DNA from: an uncultured Bacilli bacterium
Lineage (GTDB): Bacteria; Bacillota_I; Bacilli_A; RF39; UBA660
Assembly (NCBI GenBank): GCA_949841325.1
Contig: CATKZK010000005.1
Coordinates: forward strand, 1 to 59,798
Direction: 5' to 3'
DNA length: 59,798 nucleotides
In this document: positions 50,643 to 59,798 of the stretch, in pieces
Layout of the letters: every line of letters begins with the position of its first letter
Numbering within the stretch: position 1 is the first letter of the stretch
The notes under the pieces: generated by a model
What the model was told of the DNA's origin: nothing
Databases searched by the model: none
Seen by the model: only the letters and a program-made list of their open reading frames with translations
Made by a program: the position numbers and the translations under genes

Positions 50643-51556
50643 TGGATTTACTTGTAACACATATTGATTTAGATGGGATTTCTCCTATCATTTTACTTCA
50701 TCTTACAGAAAGAAAATTTGCCTATCATGCCATAGAAATTAATGAAGTAGAAAAGACTTTTGAAGAATTATTTAAAACTGATTTAACACAATATGAACAT
50801 CTTTATATTGTAGATTTAACATTATCAGAAAGTGTCTATGAAAAACTGGCGACATTACCCATTCCTGTATTTGTATTTGATCATCATGCCACGCATTTGT
50901 TTGCTACTAAATATCCCTTTGCTACAATACATGTAGAAATGAGTGGCCGTTTAACTTGTGGAACAGAATTATTTTATCTCTATTTAAAGGAAAAGTATCC
51001 TCAGTTAAAGGCAGATTCTATTGCTCAGTATGTCGACATTGTAAGACAATTAGATACCTATACTTTTGAAGATAAACAGTTAGCTTTAAATGTAGATATG
51101 ATTCGCAGTATGTTAGGAAGAGATGATTTCATAAAATCTATTGTCAAAAGACTAAAGAAAAATGAAAAAGAATTCACTCTAACAGCCTTTGAAAAAAGAA
51201 TGACAAAATTACAAGAAAAAGAAAAAGAGCGTTACTTAGAGAGAAAAGAAAAAAACATGAAAAAGTATCGCATAAAAGAAAAGCCTTGTGGTGTTGTTTT
51301 TGCCGAGAAGTATAAAAGTGAGCTGGGAGATTATCTCTCTCATAAATATCCTGAACTCGATTTTATCATTATTTTTGATGCGTCTAAGAGTATTAGTTAC
51401 CGTGCTTATAAGGATGATACAGATGTTGCTGCTTTTGCAGAATTGTTTGAAGGTGGTGGACACAGACTTGCAAGTGGTTCCCCAATTAGTGACGAATTTC
51501 GTGAAAATATACTAAAAGCCTATTATGATGATGTCGTTTTACTAGAAAATAAGTAA
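50642..51556 (+). CDS. DHH/DHHA1 phosphoesterase
   Basis: HIDLDG, DHH, GGGHRLASG. Confidence 0.9.
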   Translation: MDLLVTHIDLDGISPIILLHLTERKFAYHAIEINEVEKTFEELFKTDLTQYEHLYIVDLTLSESVYEKLATLPIPVFVFDHHATHLFATKYPFATIHVEMSGRLTCGTELFYLYLKEKYPQLKADSIAQYVDIVRQLDTYTFEDKQLALNVDMIRSMLGRDDFIKSIVKRLKKNEKEFTLTAFEKRMTKLQEKEKERYLERKEKNMKKYRIKEKPCGVVFAEKYKSELGDYLSHKYPELDFIIIFDASKSISYRAYKDDTDVAAFAELFEGGGHRLASGSPISDEFRENILKAYYDDVVLLENK

Positions 51557-51617
51557 ATTATCAGATTTAATATTGACTTTAACTTCTCACTTTTAGTATA
51601 ATTTACTTATCGGGCTT

Positions 51618-51708
51618 GGAGTAGTACTCAAGAGGTTGAAGAGGTGCCCCTGCTAAGGGTATAGGTCGGGTAACTGGCGCGAGAGTTCAAATCTCTCCTA
51701 CTCCGCCA
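51618..51708 (+). tRNA. tRNA-Ser(GCT)
   Basis: GGAGTAG/CTACTCC acceptor stem, loop CTGCTAA, long variable arm, GTTCAAATC, encoded CCA; TTGACT-18-TATAAT upstream, terminator at about 51720-51743. Confidence 0.96.
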
Positions 51709-51774
51709 TTTAGAAATAAAAAGAACTGAATAGTTCTTTTTTTCTTTGTTAGATAAGCTAAAAAAAGAGAGTTA

Positions 51775-52086
51775 TTACTCCCAATCAATTTCAACTTTAT
51801 TATTCACAAATTGTATCTTCATTTCTTTGTTTAATATTTCTTTCGTCACCGGATGGTGCATCTCTTTTAAATATTGATTTTCATATAAGGTATTTAAGGT
51901 TACATCTCCCTTGCACTTTTCTTCTAAATAACACCTTTTGGCATAATACTCTATGTTACTTTTCATGGAGTAGATAAGTCTTTCTTCATGTAGTTTCGTA
52001 AGTTTCACAGTAGAAGTAGTAATGACTAAGACGGTCAAAATACAAAGAGTCGAAAAAAGAATCGCAAAATTACTAATTTTTCCCAT
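51775..52086 (-). CDS. Membrane-anchored protein resembling a ComGC/pilin head without a prepilin cleavage site
   Basis: TM helix then [25 protein letters not shown]. Confidence 0.55.
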   Translation of the reverse strand: MGKISNFAILFSTLCILTVLVITTSTVKLTKLHEERLIYSMKSNIEYYAKRCYLEEKCKGDVTLNTLYENQYLKEMHHPVTKEILNKEMKIQFVNNKVEIDWE

Positions 52087-53191
52087 AATAATTCTCCATA
52101 AATTGATCACGATATTCAAGTAATGAATCCTTTTTTATCGCTTCTCGCATCTCTTCTGTCATACGAATTAAAAAACGAATATTATGAATAGATAAAAGTC
52201 TTGCTCCAAAAGTTTCAGAGGCATTGATTAAATGTTTAATATAACTCTTTGTATAATGCTTACAAGCATAACAATCACAATGTTCTTCAATCGGTGTAAA
52301 ATCTTCTTTATATTTGGCATTTTTTAAATTGATTTTTCCATACTTTGTAAATGCATGTCCATGACGAGCAAGTCTTGTTGGCAATACACAATCAAAGATA
52401 TCAATTCCCCTTATCACACCTTCTATTAAATCTTCTGGCTCTCCTACTCCCATTAGATAACGACATTTATCTTCAGGAATAAAAGGAATGGCATAGTCAA
52501 TGGCCTTATACATATCCTCTTTCGATTCATGATCATTTGCAACACCACCAATACTATATCCATCGAAGTCTAGCTTAACAGTTTCCTTTGCAGAATATTC
52601 TCTTAAATCTTGATAAGCTCCTCCCTGAATAATACCAAAAAGAGCTTGTCTAGGATTACTGTGTACTTTTTTACCACGTTCAGCCCATCTTAAAGTTCTT
52701 TCTACACTTGCTTTCATATAATCATAGCTGGCACTCGCTGGTGGACATTCATCAAAACTCATCGCAATATCACTATCTAACTTATTTTGAATTTCAATAC
52801 TCTTTTCAGGAGTTAAAAGAAGACGATCCCCATTTAAATGATTTTTAAAGCAAACACCCTCTTCTGTAATATCCTTAGGTTTGGCAAGTGAAAACACTTG
52901 AAATCCTCCAGAATCTGTTAAGATGGGGCCATTCCAATTCATAAATTGATGTAATCCACCAGATTTTGCAACGATATCTTCTCCAGGACGCAACCATAAA
53001 TGATAGGTATTAGAAAGAATAATCCCTGCTTTGACTTCTTTCACCTCTTCAGGAGATAAGGTCTTTACAGTGGCCTGAGTTCCCACTGGCATAAACATAG
53101 GCGTTTCATAAGTTCCATAATTTGTAATGACTTTCCCCAATCTAGCTTTTGTATCTTTTTCACATTTTTCTAATTGATATTGGACTCTCAT
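52073..53191 (-). CDS. tgt: tRNA-guanine transglycosylase
   Basis: [34 protein letters not shown]. Confidence 0.98.
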   Translation of the reverse strand: MRVQYQLEKCEKDTKARLGKVITNYGTYETPMFMPVGTQATVKTLSPEEVKEVKAGIILSNTYHLWLRPGEDIVAKSGGLHQFMNWNGPILTDSGGFQVFSLAKPKDITEEGVCFKNHLNGDRLLLTPEKSIEIQNKLDSDIAMSFDECPPASASYDYMKASVERTLRWAERGKKVHSNPRQALFGIIQGGAYQDLREYSAKETVKLDFDGYSIGGVANDHESKEDMYKAIDYAIPFIPEDKCRYLMGVGEPEDLIEGVIRGIDIFDCVLPTRLARHGHAFTKYGKINLKNAKYKEDFTPIEEHCDCYACKHYTKSYIKHLINASETFGARLLSIHNIRFLIRMTEEMREAIKKDSLLEYRDQFMENYYGKN

Positions 53192-53622
53192 TTTGTTCTC
53201 CCACTATGTAAAAGTAATTTTCTTGCCTCTTGTTTTTTGAAGTTTTCACGCTTTTCCATCTCCTCTTTAATTTGTCTTCTAAATTCCAATAGAAAAGCTT
53301 CATAACTTGTTTGATCTCTAAAGTCATATTCATTTTCAAAAGGCGTTTCAATATCTATAAAATAATCCATCATATTGCTCCAAGCAAAACCTTTCGGACA
53401 TCCCGTTTCATCCAAATAAAAGTGAATATCACAAGTTAATGATTGCGTTATAGAAACAACATCATCGACTAATAAATGATCCGTTTCTTCATCAAGAGAG
53501 ATGTTTCTCACATAAGGTGAAATTCTCACATCCTCTTTATATAAAGCCAAATAGCATTGCTCTCCTACTGTTCTATATTTTAGTACATAATGTAATTTCA
53601 TTAAAACTTCTAAATTTTCCAT
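53188..53622 (-). CDS. Hypothetical protein between queA and tgt
   Basis: GAGGA RBS; ATGA overlap with tgt. Confidence 0.7.
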   Translation of the reverse strand: MENLEVLMKLHYVLKYRTVGEQCYLALYKEDVRISPYVRNISLDEETDHLLVDDVVSITQSLTCDIHFYLDETGCPKGFAWSNMMDYFIDIETPFENEYDFRDQTSYEAFLLEFRRQIKEEMEKRENFKKQEARKLLLHSGRTK

Positions 53623-53630
53623 AATTCCTC

Positions 53631-54662
53631 CTAATCATCTATAATAAGCATAGCATCTCCAAAAGAGAAGAAGCGATACTCATTTTTTATAGCTTCTTGA
53701 TAAGCTTTCATTATTTTATCTTTTCCTGCAAGTGCAGAGACCAACATCAAAAGTGTCGACTTCGGCAAATGAAAATTCGTTATAAGGGAATCAATTCCTT
53801 TAAACTCATAGCCTGGATAGATAAAAATATTTGTCTCTCCTACCTCAGGTGTAAAAACATCGTAATGACTTCTATTGGTTTCAAGAACACGCGTCGAAGT
53901 CGTTCCTACCGCAATAATACGTCCTCCATTTGCTCGAACACGATTTAATTTTTCTGCTGCATCACTTCCCAAAAGGAAAGTTTCGGTATGCATTTGATGA
54001 TCATGAACATCTTCTACAACAACGGGTCTGAAAGTCCCAAGTCCTACATGAAGAGTAACATAGATAATCTCGACTCCCTTTTTTCTTATTCTTTCTAATA
54101 AATCTTCTGTAAAATGAAGGCCTGCCGTTGGGGCTGCAGAGGAACCATATTCTTTGGCATAAATCGTTTGATATCTTCCCTGATCTTCTAACTTTTCATG
54201 TATGTAAGGAGGCAGTGGCATTGTCCCTAAATGCTCTAATATTTCCATTAAAATTCCCTCATAAAGCAACTTAACATAGGTAATTCCCTCATCTAATATT
54301 TTCGTAACTTCTGCCTTTAAGCTGCCATCACCAAAGGTAATCAAGGTTCCCACATGTAATCTCTTTTGAGGTTTAGAAAGACACTCCCATTCATTTTCTT
54401 TAATCTGTTTTAAAAGCAACAACTCAATGACAGCATGGGTATCCTCTTTTTCACCAATAATTCTTGCTGGAATAACACGTGAATCATTTAGTACCAAGGC
54501 ATCTTTAGGCTGTAAATAATCAATGATATCCGAAAATGTACGATGTTCAAATTCTCCACTTTTTTTATGAAGAACTAAAAGCTTTGATGCACTTCGCTGT
54601 TCAAGTGGAGTTTGAGCAATCAATGACTCTTTCAAATCAAAATCAAAATCATCTGTACGCAT
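53631..54662 (-). CDS. queA: SAM:tRNA ribosyltransferase-isomerase
   Basis: [40 protein letters not shown]. Confidence 0.98.
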   Translation of the reverse strand: MRTDDFDFDLKESLIAQTPLEQRSASKLLVLHKKSGEFEHRTFSDIIDYLQPKDALVLNDSRVIPARIIGEKEDTHAVIELLLLKQIKENEWECLSKPQKRLHVGTLITFGDGSLKAEVTKILDEGITYVKLLYEGILMEILEHLGTMPLPPYIHEKLEDQGRYQTIYAKEYGSSAAPTAGLHFTEDLLERIRKKGVEIIYVTLHVGLGTFRPVVVEDVHDHQMHTETFLLGSDAAEKLNRVRANGGRIIAVGTTSTRVLETNRSHYDVFTPEVGETNIFIYPGYEFKGIDSLITNFHLPKSTLLMLVSALAGKDKIMKAYQEAIKNEYRFFSFGDAMLIIDD

Positions 54663-54728
54663 CTATCCACTTCCTTTCAATCATAGTATACTAAATTTCG
54701 AGACAAAAAAAAAGGCTTTTAAGCCTTT

Positions 54729-55832
54729 CTACATAAGTGCTTGACGATAAGATAAATCTTCTTGTACGTCAAATCCAATGATTGGATTTTCTGAATTAAT
54801 TTCAATGAGTTCTTCTAATTCTGTCTTGACAACAGGTTTTGCCACATTATCATCTTTATAATAGACGACTTCCCCACAAGTACCATCATTCAATACCACT
54901 TTAGAACCAATTGGATATAATGGTACAACTTTTAAAACGCGTTCTGTAAATTCAGAATCAATAGCACCCGTAGAAGCTGCTGTTACCATAATTTTAGAAA
55001 TTCCTCTAAATGGTGCATTTGGAGAAATATCTTTTCCACGATAAAGCAACATATCATAAAATTCACATACTTTTAAAATCTTACTCATTCTCTCACGAGG
55101 GGAATGCCCTGTAATATCTGTTCCTAAATAGCCACTTTTTCCATGTACACTCTCATGAGAATACAAAACAGCATCTAAAACTCTGGAAGAAACAGGATAA
55201 TCTTTTAAAAGTAGATAACTATAAAAAGAATGATATTCAGGTTGATAATATTCAAATAAATCAGAAGGCAATTGAGGCAATTTTTGTTGAAAATCTCCTA
55301 ATTGATGCTCATATTTACTTTTTAAATGGGCAAATAACTCTGGGCTCTTGCTAACACATCTTCCAATATCACATAATAATGCTGCTTCAGCCATTTCTTT
55401 AATCTCGATTTTATCATTTTTTAATCTAGAACGATTGTCTACAGTCGCTAAAGCAACTGCCATATTAGCTACATGAACTCGATGAGCATCTGCTGAATAC
55501 TCCTCACGTGTATAACTTGCCATATCAAAAGAAAAATCGGAAACGTCTTGAACAAATTTTTCATAATGTTCTGCCAATTCAATTGCATCGCTTATCTTTT
55601 TAGAGCGGACAACTTTACGAGCATATCTTTGAAAAATAGGGAAAAAAGTTTCTGTACAATCAGCCTTATCAATAAAGACTTGCTTTATATTCTTTTCCTC
55701 TAATTTTTTAATATCCTGATTTGACAATACTTTTCCCTTAGGAAATAAATAAAGATTTGAATTTTCTAGAAAAATATCATTTTCTAATTTCATTCCTGGA
55801 ACTAACTTGTTGATGTCTTGTTTCATTAACAT
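54729..55832 (-). CDS. HD-GYP-like protein, degenerate
   Basis: LVPGMKL N-terminus; LLCDIGR and SHES..GYLG replace HD and HHE..GYP; YPIGSKVVLNDG C-terminus. Confidence 0.72.
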   Translation of the reverse strand: MLMKQDINKLVPGMKLENDIFLENSNLYLFPKGKVLSNQDIKKLEEKNIKQVFIDKADCTETFFPIFQRYARKVVRSKKISDAIELAEHYEKFVQDVSDFSFDMASYTREEYSADAHRVHVANMAVALATVDNRSRLKNDKIEIKEMAEAALLCDIGRCVSKSPELFAHLKSKYEHQLGDFQQKLPQLPSDLFEYYQPEYHSFYSYLLLKDYPVSSRVLDAVLYSHESVHGKSGYLGTDITGHSPRERMSKILKVCEFYDMLLYRGKDISPNAPFRGISKIMVTAASTGAIDSEFTERVLKVVPLYPIGSKVVLNDGTCGEVVYYKDDNVAKPVVKTELEELIEINSENPIIGFDVQEDLSYRQALM

Positions 55833-55926
55833 CTCCTCCTATTATAAATAGTAGCACAGGATTTCTACATTTTCAATTTTTTTATGTAAAAATGACACAA
55901 GAAACAGTATTCTTGTGTCAAGCAAA

Positions 55927-56925
55927 TTAGAATAAACGATCTTCTGTCACACTTAAATGTTCATAGGCTTTATCCGTAGCTACTCTTCCTCTAGGAGTTC
56001 GTTTAATAAATCCCTCTTGCATGAGATAAGGTTCGACAACATCTTCTAAAGTGGAAACTTCTTCTCCTATTGCTGAGGCAATTGTTTCAACACCTACTGG
56101 ACCTCCATTGAATTTGTTAATCAACGCACTTAAATATTCCATATCTACTTGGTCAAGTCCATATTTATCTACTTTTAATCGATTTAACGCTTCTTTCGTA
56201 ATGTCTTTATCGATTATACCATCCCCTATGACTAGGGCAAAATCGCGAACTCTTTTAAATAGACGATTGGCAATTCGTGGAGTCTTTCTACTTCTTTTAG
56301 CAAGTTCTTCTGCAGCTTCATCTGTGATTTCCATCTCTAAGACATGACTTGTACGCTTTATAATTCCTTTAAGTTCTTCCTCACTATAGTAATTTAACTT
56401 TGAAACAATACCAAAGCGGTCTCTTAAAGGGGCAGAAATATCTCCTGCTCTAGTCGTTGCTCCTACAAGAGTAAAGGGAGGTAAATCAATTTTTATGCTC
56501 CTACTTGACCCTTCGCCACCAACGACAATATCGAGCTCAAAATCTTCCATTGCTGGATACAATATCTCCTCAATAAATTTAGGCATTCGATGAATTTCAT
56601 CAATGAATAAAACATCTCCTGGTTCTAAATTCGATAAAACAGCGGCTAAATCTCCACTCTTTTCAATTGCTGGTCCTGAGCTGGTTTTCAAAGTTGTTCC
56701 CATTTCATTGGCTATAATATGCGCAAGGGTAGTCTTTCCAAGCCCTGGAGGCCCATACAAAAGCACATGATCTAGTGGTTCTTCTCTCATCTTTGCGGCT
56801 TCAATAAAAATCCGAATATTTTCTTTTACTTCACTTTGACCTACATATTCATTTAAAGACTGTGGTCTTATAGTATCATCTACGATATCTTCAGGCATTT
56901 CATCACTCGTTATAATTCGTTCCAT
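55927..56925 (-). CDS. ruvB: Holliday junction helicase RuvB
   Basis: [30 protein letters not shown]. Confidence 0.98.
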   Translation of the reverse strand: MERIITSDEMPEDIVDDTIRPQSLNEYVGQSEVKENIRIFIEAAKMREEPLDHVLLYGPPGLGKTTLAHIIANEMGTTLKTSSGPAIEKSGDLAAVLSNLEPGDVLFIDEIHRMPKFIEEILYPAMEDFELDIVVGGEGSSRSIKIDLPPFTLVGATTRAGDISAPLRDRFGIVSKLNYYSEEELKGIIKRTSHVLEMEITDEAAEELAKRSRKTPRIANRLFKRVRDFALVIGDGIIDKDITKEALNRLKVDKYGLDQVDMEYLSALINKFNGGPVGVETIASAIGEEVSTLEDVVEPYLMQEGFIKRTPRGRVATDKAYEHLSVTEDRLF

Positions 56926-57445
56926 TCTTATACTCTCTTTCTATGTAGTCTACTATTTCCTTCCATTTCGTAAATTGAATAAAAGCACTTTCTTCATTTC
57001 CTCTTCGCATTTTGATGACAGGAATTCCAAAGCGATGTACTTCACTTAAGAGTTCTTCGCGGTCATCAATAAATAAATCAATTTTTTTCGCTTTAGCAAT
57101 GGCTCCTTTTCTCGTTGCATGAAAGATAATCTCATCATAAGGAATTCCTTTTTCTTTAAAATATTGGATTGTATCAGCAACTGAATGTTGGGAAATACTC
57201 CCCCTTGCGGTTATGAAAATGAGCTCATGCCCCATCTCTTTTAAACGATTTAAAGATGGAATTACATTTTTCTTTAAAGGTACATATCGATGAATCTCAT
57301 CATCGATTTCCACCATAAACTGATTATATATTCTTTTAGGCAATAATTCATTGGGGTTTAAATCTGGAAAACGCCTTTTTTTCAAATCACATACAAATTC
57401 TTTTGAATTTGTTATTGTATCATCTATGTCAATCCCTATTCGCAT
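56903..57445 (-). CDS. HAD-family 5'(3')-nucleotidase-like protein
   Basis: [16 protein letters not shown]. Confidence 0.85.
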   Translation of the reverse strand: MRIGIDIDDTITNSKEFVCDLKKRRFPDLNPNELLPKRIYNQFMVEIDDEIHRYVPLKKNVIPSLNRLKEMGHELIFITARGSISQHSVADTIQYFKEKGIPYDEIIFHATRKGAIAKAKKIDLFIDDREELLSEVHRFGIPVIKMRRGNEESAFIQFTKWKEIVDYIEREYKNGTNYNE

Positions 57446-57448
57446 AAT

Positions 57449-58000
57449 TTATCCTTTCAACATCAATTTTAAAGCTTCTTTTATCTGATTTTCAATCGTA
57501 TCACTATAATTGACCTTTGGCAATATCTTTTTAATATCATTTGTTTTATACCCTAGGCTTTCTAAAACAGAAACAAGCTCATTCGATTCCGCACTTTCTT
57601 TAGTGCTCGCAGCTAATTTTCCTTTTAAGTCAAGAATAATCTGTCTTGCTAACTTATCTCCAACTTTAGGAAATTTTGTCAAATAAAGGACATTTTCCCG
57701 ATCAATCGCATCAATAATCCCAGAGACACTTCCCGTAGCAAACATAGGCATCGCAACTTTTGGCCCTAATCCTTTTACATTAATCAACTTTAAAAAAAGC
57801 TCTTTTTCTTCTAAAGTCTTAAATCCATACAAGGCAGTTTCGTATTCCGTTTGGTGCGTATAAACATAAACTTTATACTCTTTTCCAATTTCAAATGCAT
57901 AAGGATTCGATACAAAAATGTTATATCCAATTCCTTGATTATCAATGACAATTGCATTGGTTCCATTACTTTCTATTGTTCCTAAAATGTAATTATACAT
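57449..58000 (-). CDS. ruvA: Holliday junction DNA-binding protein RuvA
   Basis: LYGF, VKGLGPK, LESLGY. Confidence 0.97.
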   Translation of the reverse strand: MYNYILGTIESNGTNAIVIDNQGIGYNIFVSNPYAFEIGKEYKVYVYTHQTEYETALYGFKTLEEKELFLKLINVKGLGPKVAMPMFATGSVSGIIDAIDRENVLYLTKFPKVGDKLARQIILDLKGKLAASTKESAESNELVSVLESLGYKTNDIKKILPKVNYSDTIENQIKEALKLMLKG

Positions 58001-58166
58001 TTTATCACCATCCTGTTTTCATTTTATCATACATTTGTTTATTGTGCTACATTTTCTTTGTCGTACACTTCTTTTTTTACGACAAAAAAATGATCATTTT
58101 AACAAAAAAAGATTGTCAAAATTTAACTATTGTTAATACACTATAGTAGATAAAGGAGGTATATAA

Positions 58167-58352
58167 ATGTACTATTACGGATATAATGGTAGCTATGGTA
58201 TGCAACAAAATCCTTGTTGTGGACAAACACCTGGATTCGCTGGTTACACAACTGGTGGATACTCATGGGGAGCTGCCTTATGGATTGTCTTATTTATCTT
58301 GCTTGTAATCATAATAGGTGCTGGATGGACTGGCAACTACAATAATGACTAA
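58167..58352 (+). CDS. YjcZ/SscA-family small sporulation protein
   Basis: G/Y-rich N-terminus plus ALWIVLFILLVIIIGA; AAGGAGG RBS. Confidence 0.8.
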   Translation: MYYYGYNGSYGMQQNPCCGQTPGFAGYTTGGYSWGAALWIVLFILLVIIIGAGWTGNYNND

Positions 58353-58371
58353 CAAGAAGTTCTATTTATCT

Positions 58372-58401
58372 AAAAAATCAAGGAATACCCTTGATTTTTT
58401 T
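58372..58401. terminator. Bidirectional intrinsic terminator
   Basis: AAAAAATCAAGG-AATAC-CCTTGATTTTTT between convergent genes. Confidence 0.75.
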
Positions 58402-58402
58402 A

Positions 58403-59798
58403 TTAAAATGTTATTATCCCGCCTTTTTTTACCTTGGATGGTGAATCCGTTCCATTGTACTTTGTACCTATCATCCCATCAACTAAACTAGAAGCATCTG
58501 CTGTATAGTTTACTGTAATTTGGGCGGTTGATGAAGTTGCAGCAACATGGAACATCAATCTCCAATTCGTGCACTTTGTTCCTCTAATATTTATCGTTGT
58601 AATTACAGCATAGCTTTGATAAAACATACAAGACATATTTGTTACATTACTTGTATCAAAGTTGCTTATCTTTAGTGTCTTTAAATTCACACAATAGCGA
58701 AACATAGAGTTCATATCGGTTACATTACTTGTATTAAAGTGATTTAAATCTAAGGTTATAAGGCTCTCAACCCAAGAAAACATATTGTTCATATCGGTTA
58801 CGTTGTTTGTATCAAAGTTACTTATATTTAAACTCGTTAAACTGTGACACCTAGAAAACATAAAACTCATATCAGTTACATTCCCAGTGTTAAAATGACC
58901 TAGATTTAAAGTTTTCAATTCACGGCAGGTATAAAACATTCTGTTCATATTTGTTACTTTACTTGTATCAAAACTATTTAAATCTAAACTTGTTATAGCG
59001 CTAGAATTCGATCCAGAACCTCCCATATCAAACATAGAGCTCATATCGGTTACATTCTCTGTATTAAAGTTGCTTAAATTGAATTCTTTCAACTTACCAC
59101 AATTATAAAACATTCTACTCATATTGATGGCTTGACTAGTATCTAACTTTTCTAAGTCAACGATACTGATTAGATTTGTAAAACCTTCAAATAAACTACT
59201 TGAATCTGGATTGGCAATAAATGGCGCTTTATCTTTTCCAATATATAGTTCATATAAATCATTTTGGTTTTCATCTAAAGTATAAACCATAATACTTCCA
59301 TCTTGTGAACCCGATGCATCCCACGCCTCCATTGCATTATCTGGAACAGCTTTATCTTCTATAAAAGTTATCTTTTCTACCTTACTCCGATCAAACTCAT
59401 GTCCAAAGAAGGTTTTCGTATCAGATCCAGCTTCCAGCATTGGTTCGTCTTTTTCTTCTATTCCTCCCGCTATGTCATTTTCATTTATCTCTGTTTTCTC
59501 AACCGCATTTCCTTTTATTTCACAAATAATACTAATTTCCATTTCTTCCAATGGATTTTTGATGACTTTTAGAGTTAATTTCCCTGCTCTTTTTGTTCTT
59601 GCTGGTAAGATTTCTTCTATATCAAATTCATTACTCACTCTTAAAAAGTCACTTCCTCCTGTACAGTTCATTAAAAGACTTGCATCATATTGTTTAGAAG
59701 CATTCGTTACTTCATAGTCTAGTACATACTCTTCATCTACTACTCTTAGTTCTGTAGTAAATTCTAAGTGGTTTCTATCTTTGATGATACTACTATTT
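58403..59798 (-). CDS. Shared-N-module plus DUF285/BspA LRR surface protein (5' end outside window)
   Basis: Frame open to the window edge (NSSIIKDRNHLEF..YEVTNASKQYD); about eight LxL..FxTxxVTxMxxMF repeats. Confidence 0.9.
   Translation of the reverse strand, partial: NSSIIKDRNHLEFTTELRVVDEEYVLDYEVTNASKQYDASLLMNCTGGSDFLRVSNEFDIEEILPARTKRAGKLTLKVIKNPLEEMEISIICEIKGNAVEKTEINENDIAGGIEEKDEPMLEAGSDTKTFFGHEFDRSKVEKITFIEDKAVPDNAMEAWDASGSQDGSIMVYTLDENQNDLYELYIGKDKAPFIANPDSSSLFEGFTNLISIVDLEKLDTSQAINMSRMFYNCGKLKEFNLSNFNTENVTDMSSMFDMGGSGSNSSAITSLDLNSFDTSKVTNMNRMFYTCRELKTLNLGHFNTGNVTDMSFMFSRCHSLTSLNISNFDTNNVTDMNNMFSWVESLITLDLNHFNTSNVTDMNSMFRYCVNLKTLKISNFDTSNVTNMSCMFYQSYAVITTINIRGTKCTNWRLMFHVAATSSTAQITVNYTADASSLVDGMIGTKYNGTDSPSKVKKGGIITF

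Noticed and set aside
51618-51775. tRNA-Ser as island integration site
   Set aside because: No duplicated tRNA 3' end or integrase found in the window
128-59717. Many short antisense or overlapping ORFs in the track (e.g. 331-552, 8662-9186, 43267-43665)
   Set aside because: Shadows of well-supported genes on the opposite strand, no RBS or motifs
1-59798. Mollicute genetic code 4 (TGA=Trp)
   Set aside because: TGA ends genes at expected positions (cca, rimM, der, recU) and conserved genes are intact in code 11

Overview
AT-rich chromosomal segment of a low-GC Bacillota (class Bacilli). TGA is used as a stop, so code 11 applies. The gene style (980-aa SMC, DUF285 LRR proteins, retained PBP1A, partial sporulation set) suggests an uncultured gut lineage such as RF39; this is an inference. 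Most of the window is minus-strand housekeeping: nth-dnaD-cca, xerC, tig, rimM-trmD, der, engB, recU-ponA, rpsB-tsf, hrcA-grpE-dnaK-pepF-dnaJ with two CIRCE boxes, rnc-smc, ruvA-ruvB-queA-tgt and tRNA-Ser(GCT). No RT, Cas, transposase or phage genes were seen. The most interesting non-housekeeping content is fourfold. (1) A dispersed family of exported proteins shares one N-terminal module (GFAAVSTTLxLNG...DFDVYF) fused to interchangeable C-termini (FGE/C-lectin-like or DUF285 LRR). The copies are in different states: one behind an A17 promoter-spacer tract (probable phase switch), one with a single in-frame TAA, one collapsed relic and one open as far as visible. (2) A C39 ABC exporter carries two double-glycine peptides (one missed by the ORF track) and has no immunity or regulator gene. 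(3) A stripped-down sporulation module: stand-alone spoIIIAH-gerE-gerM, a YjcZ-like peptide, sigE/sigK/sigG-like promoters and an unannotated 16-aa ORF. (4) A 1053-aa acidic orphan protein is followed by two tandem small acidic paralogs.
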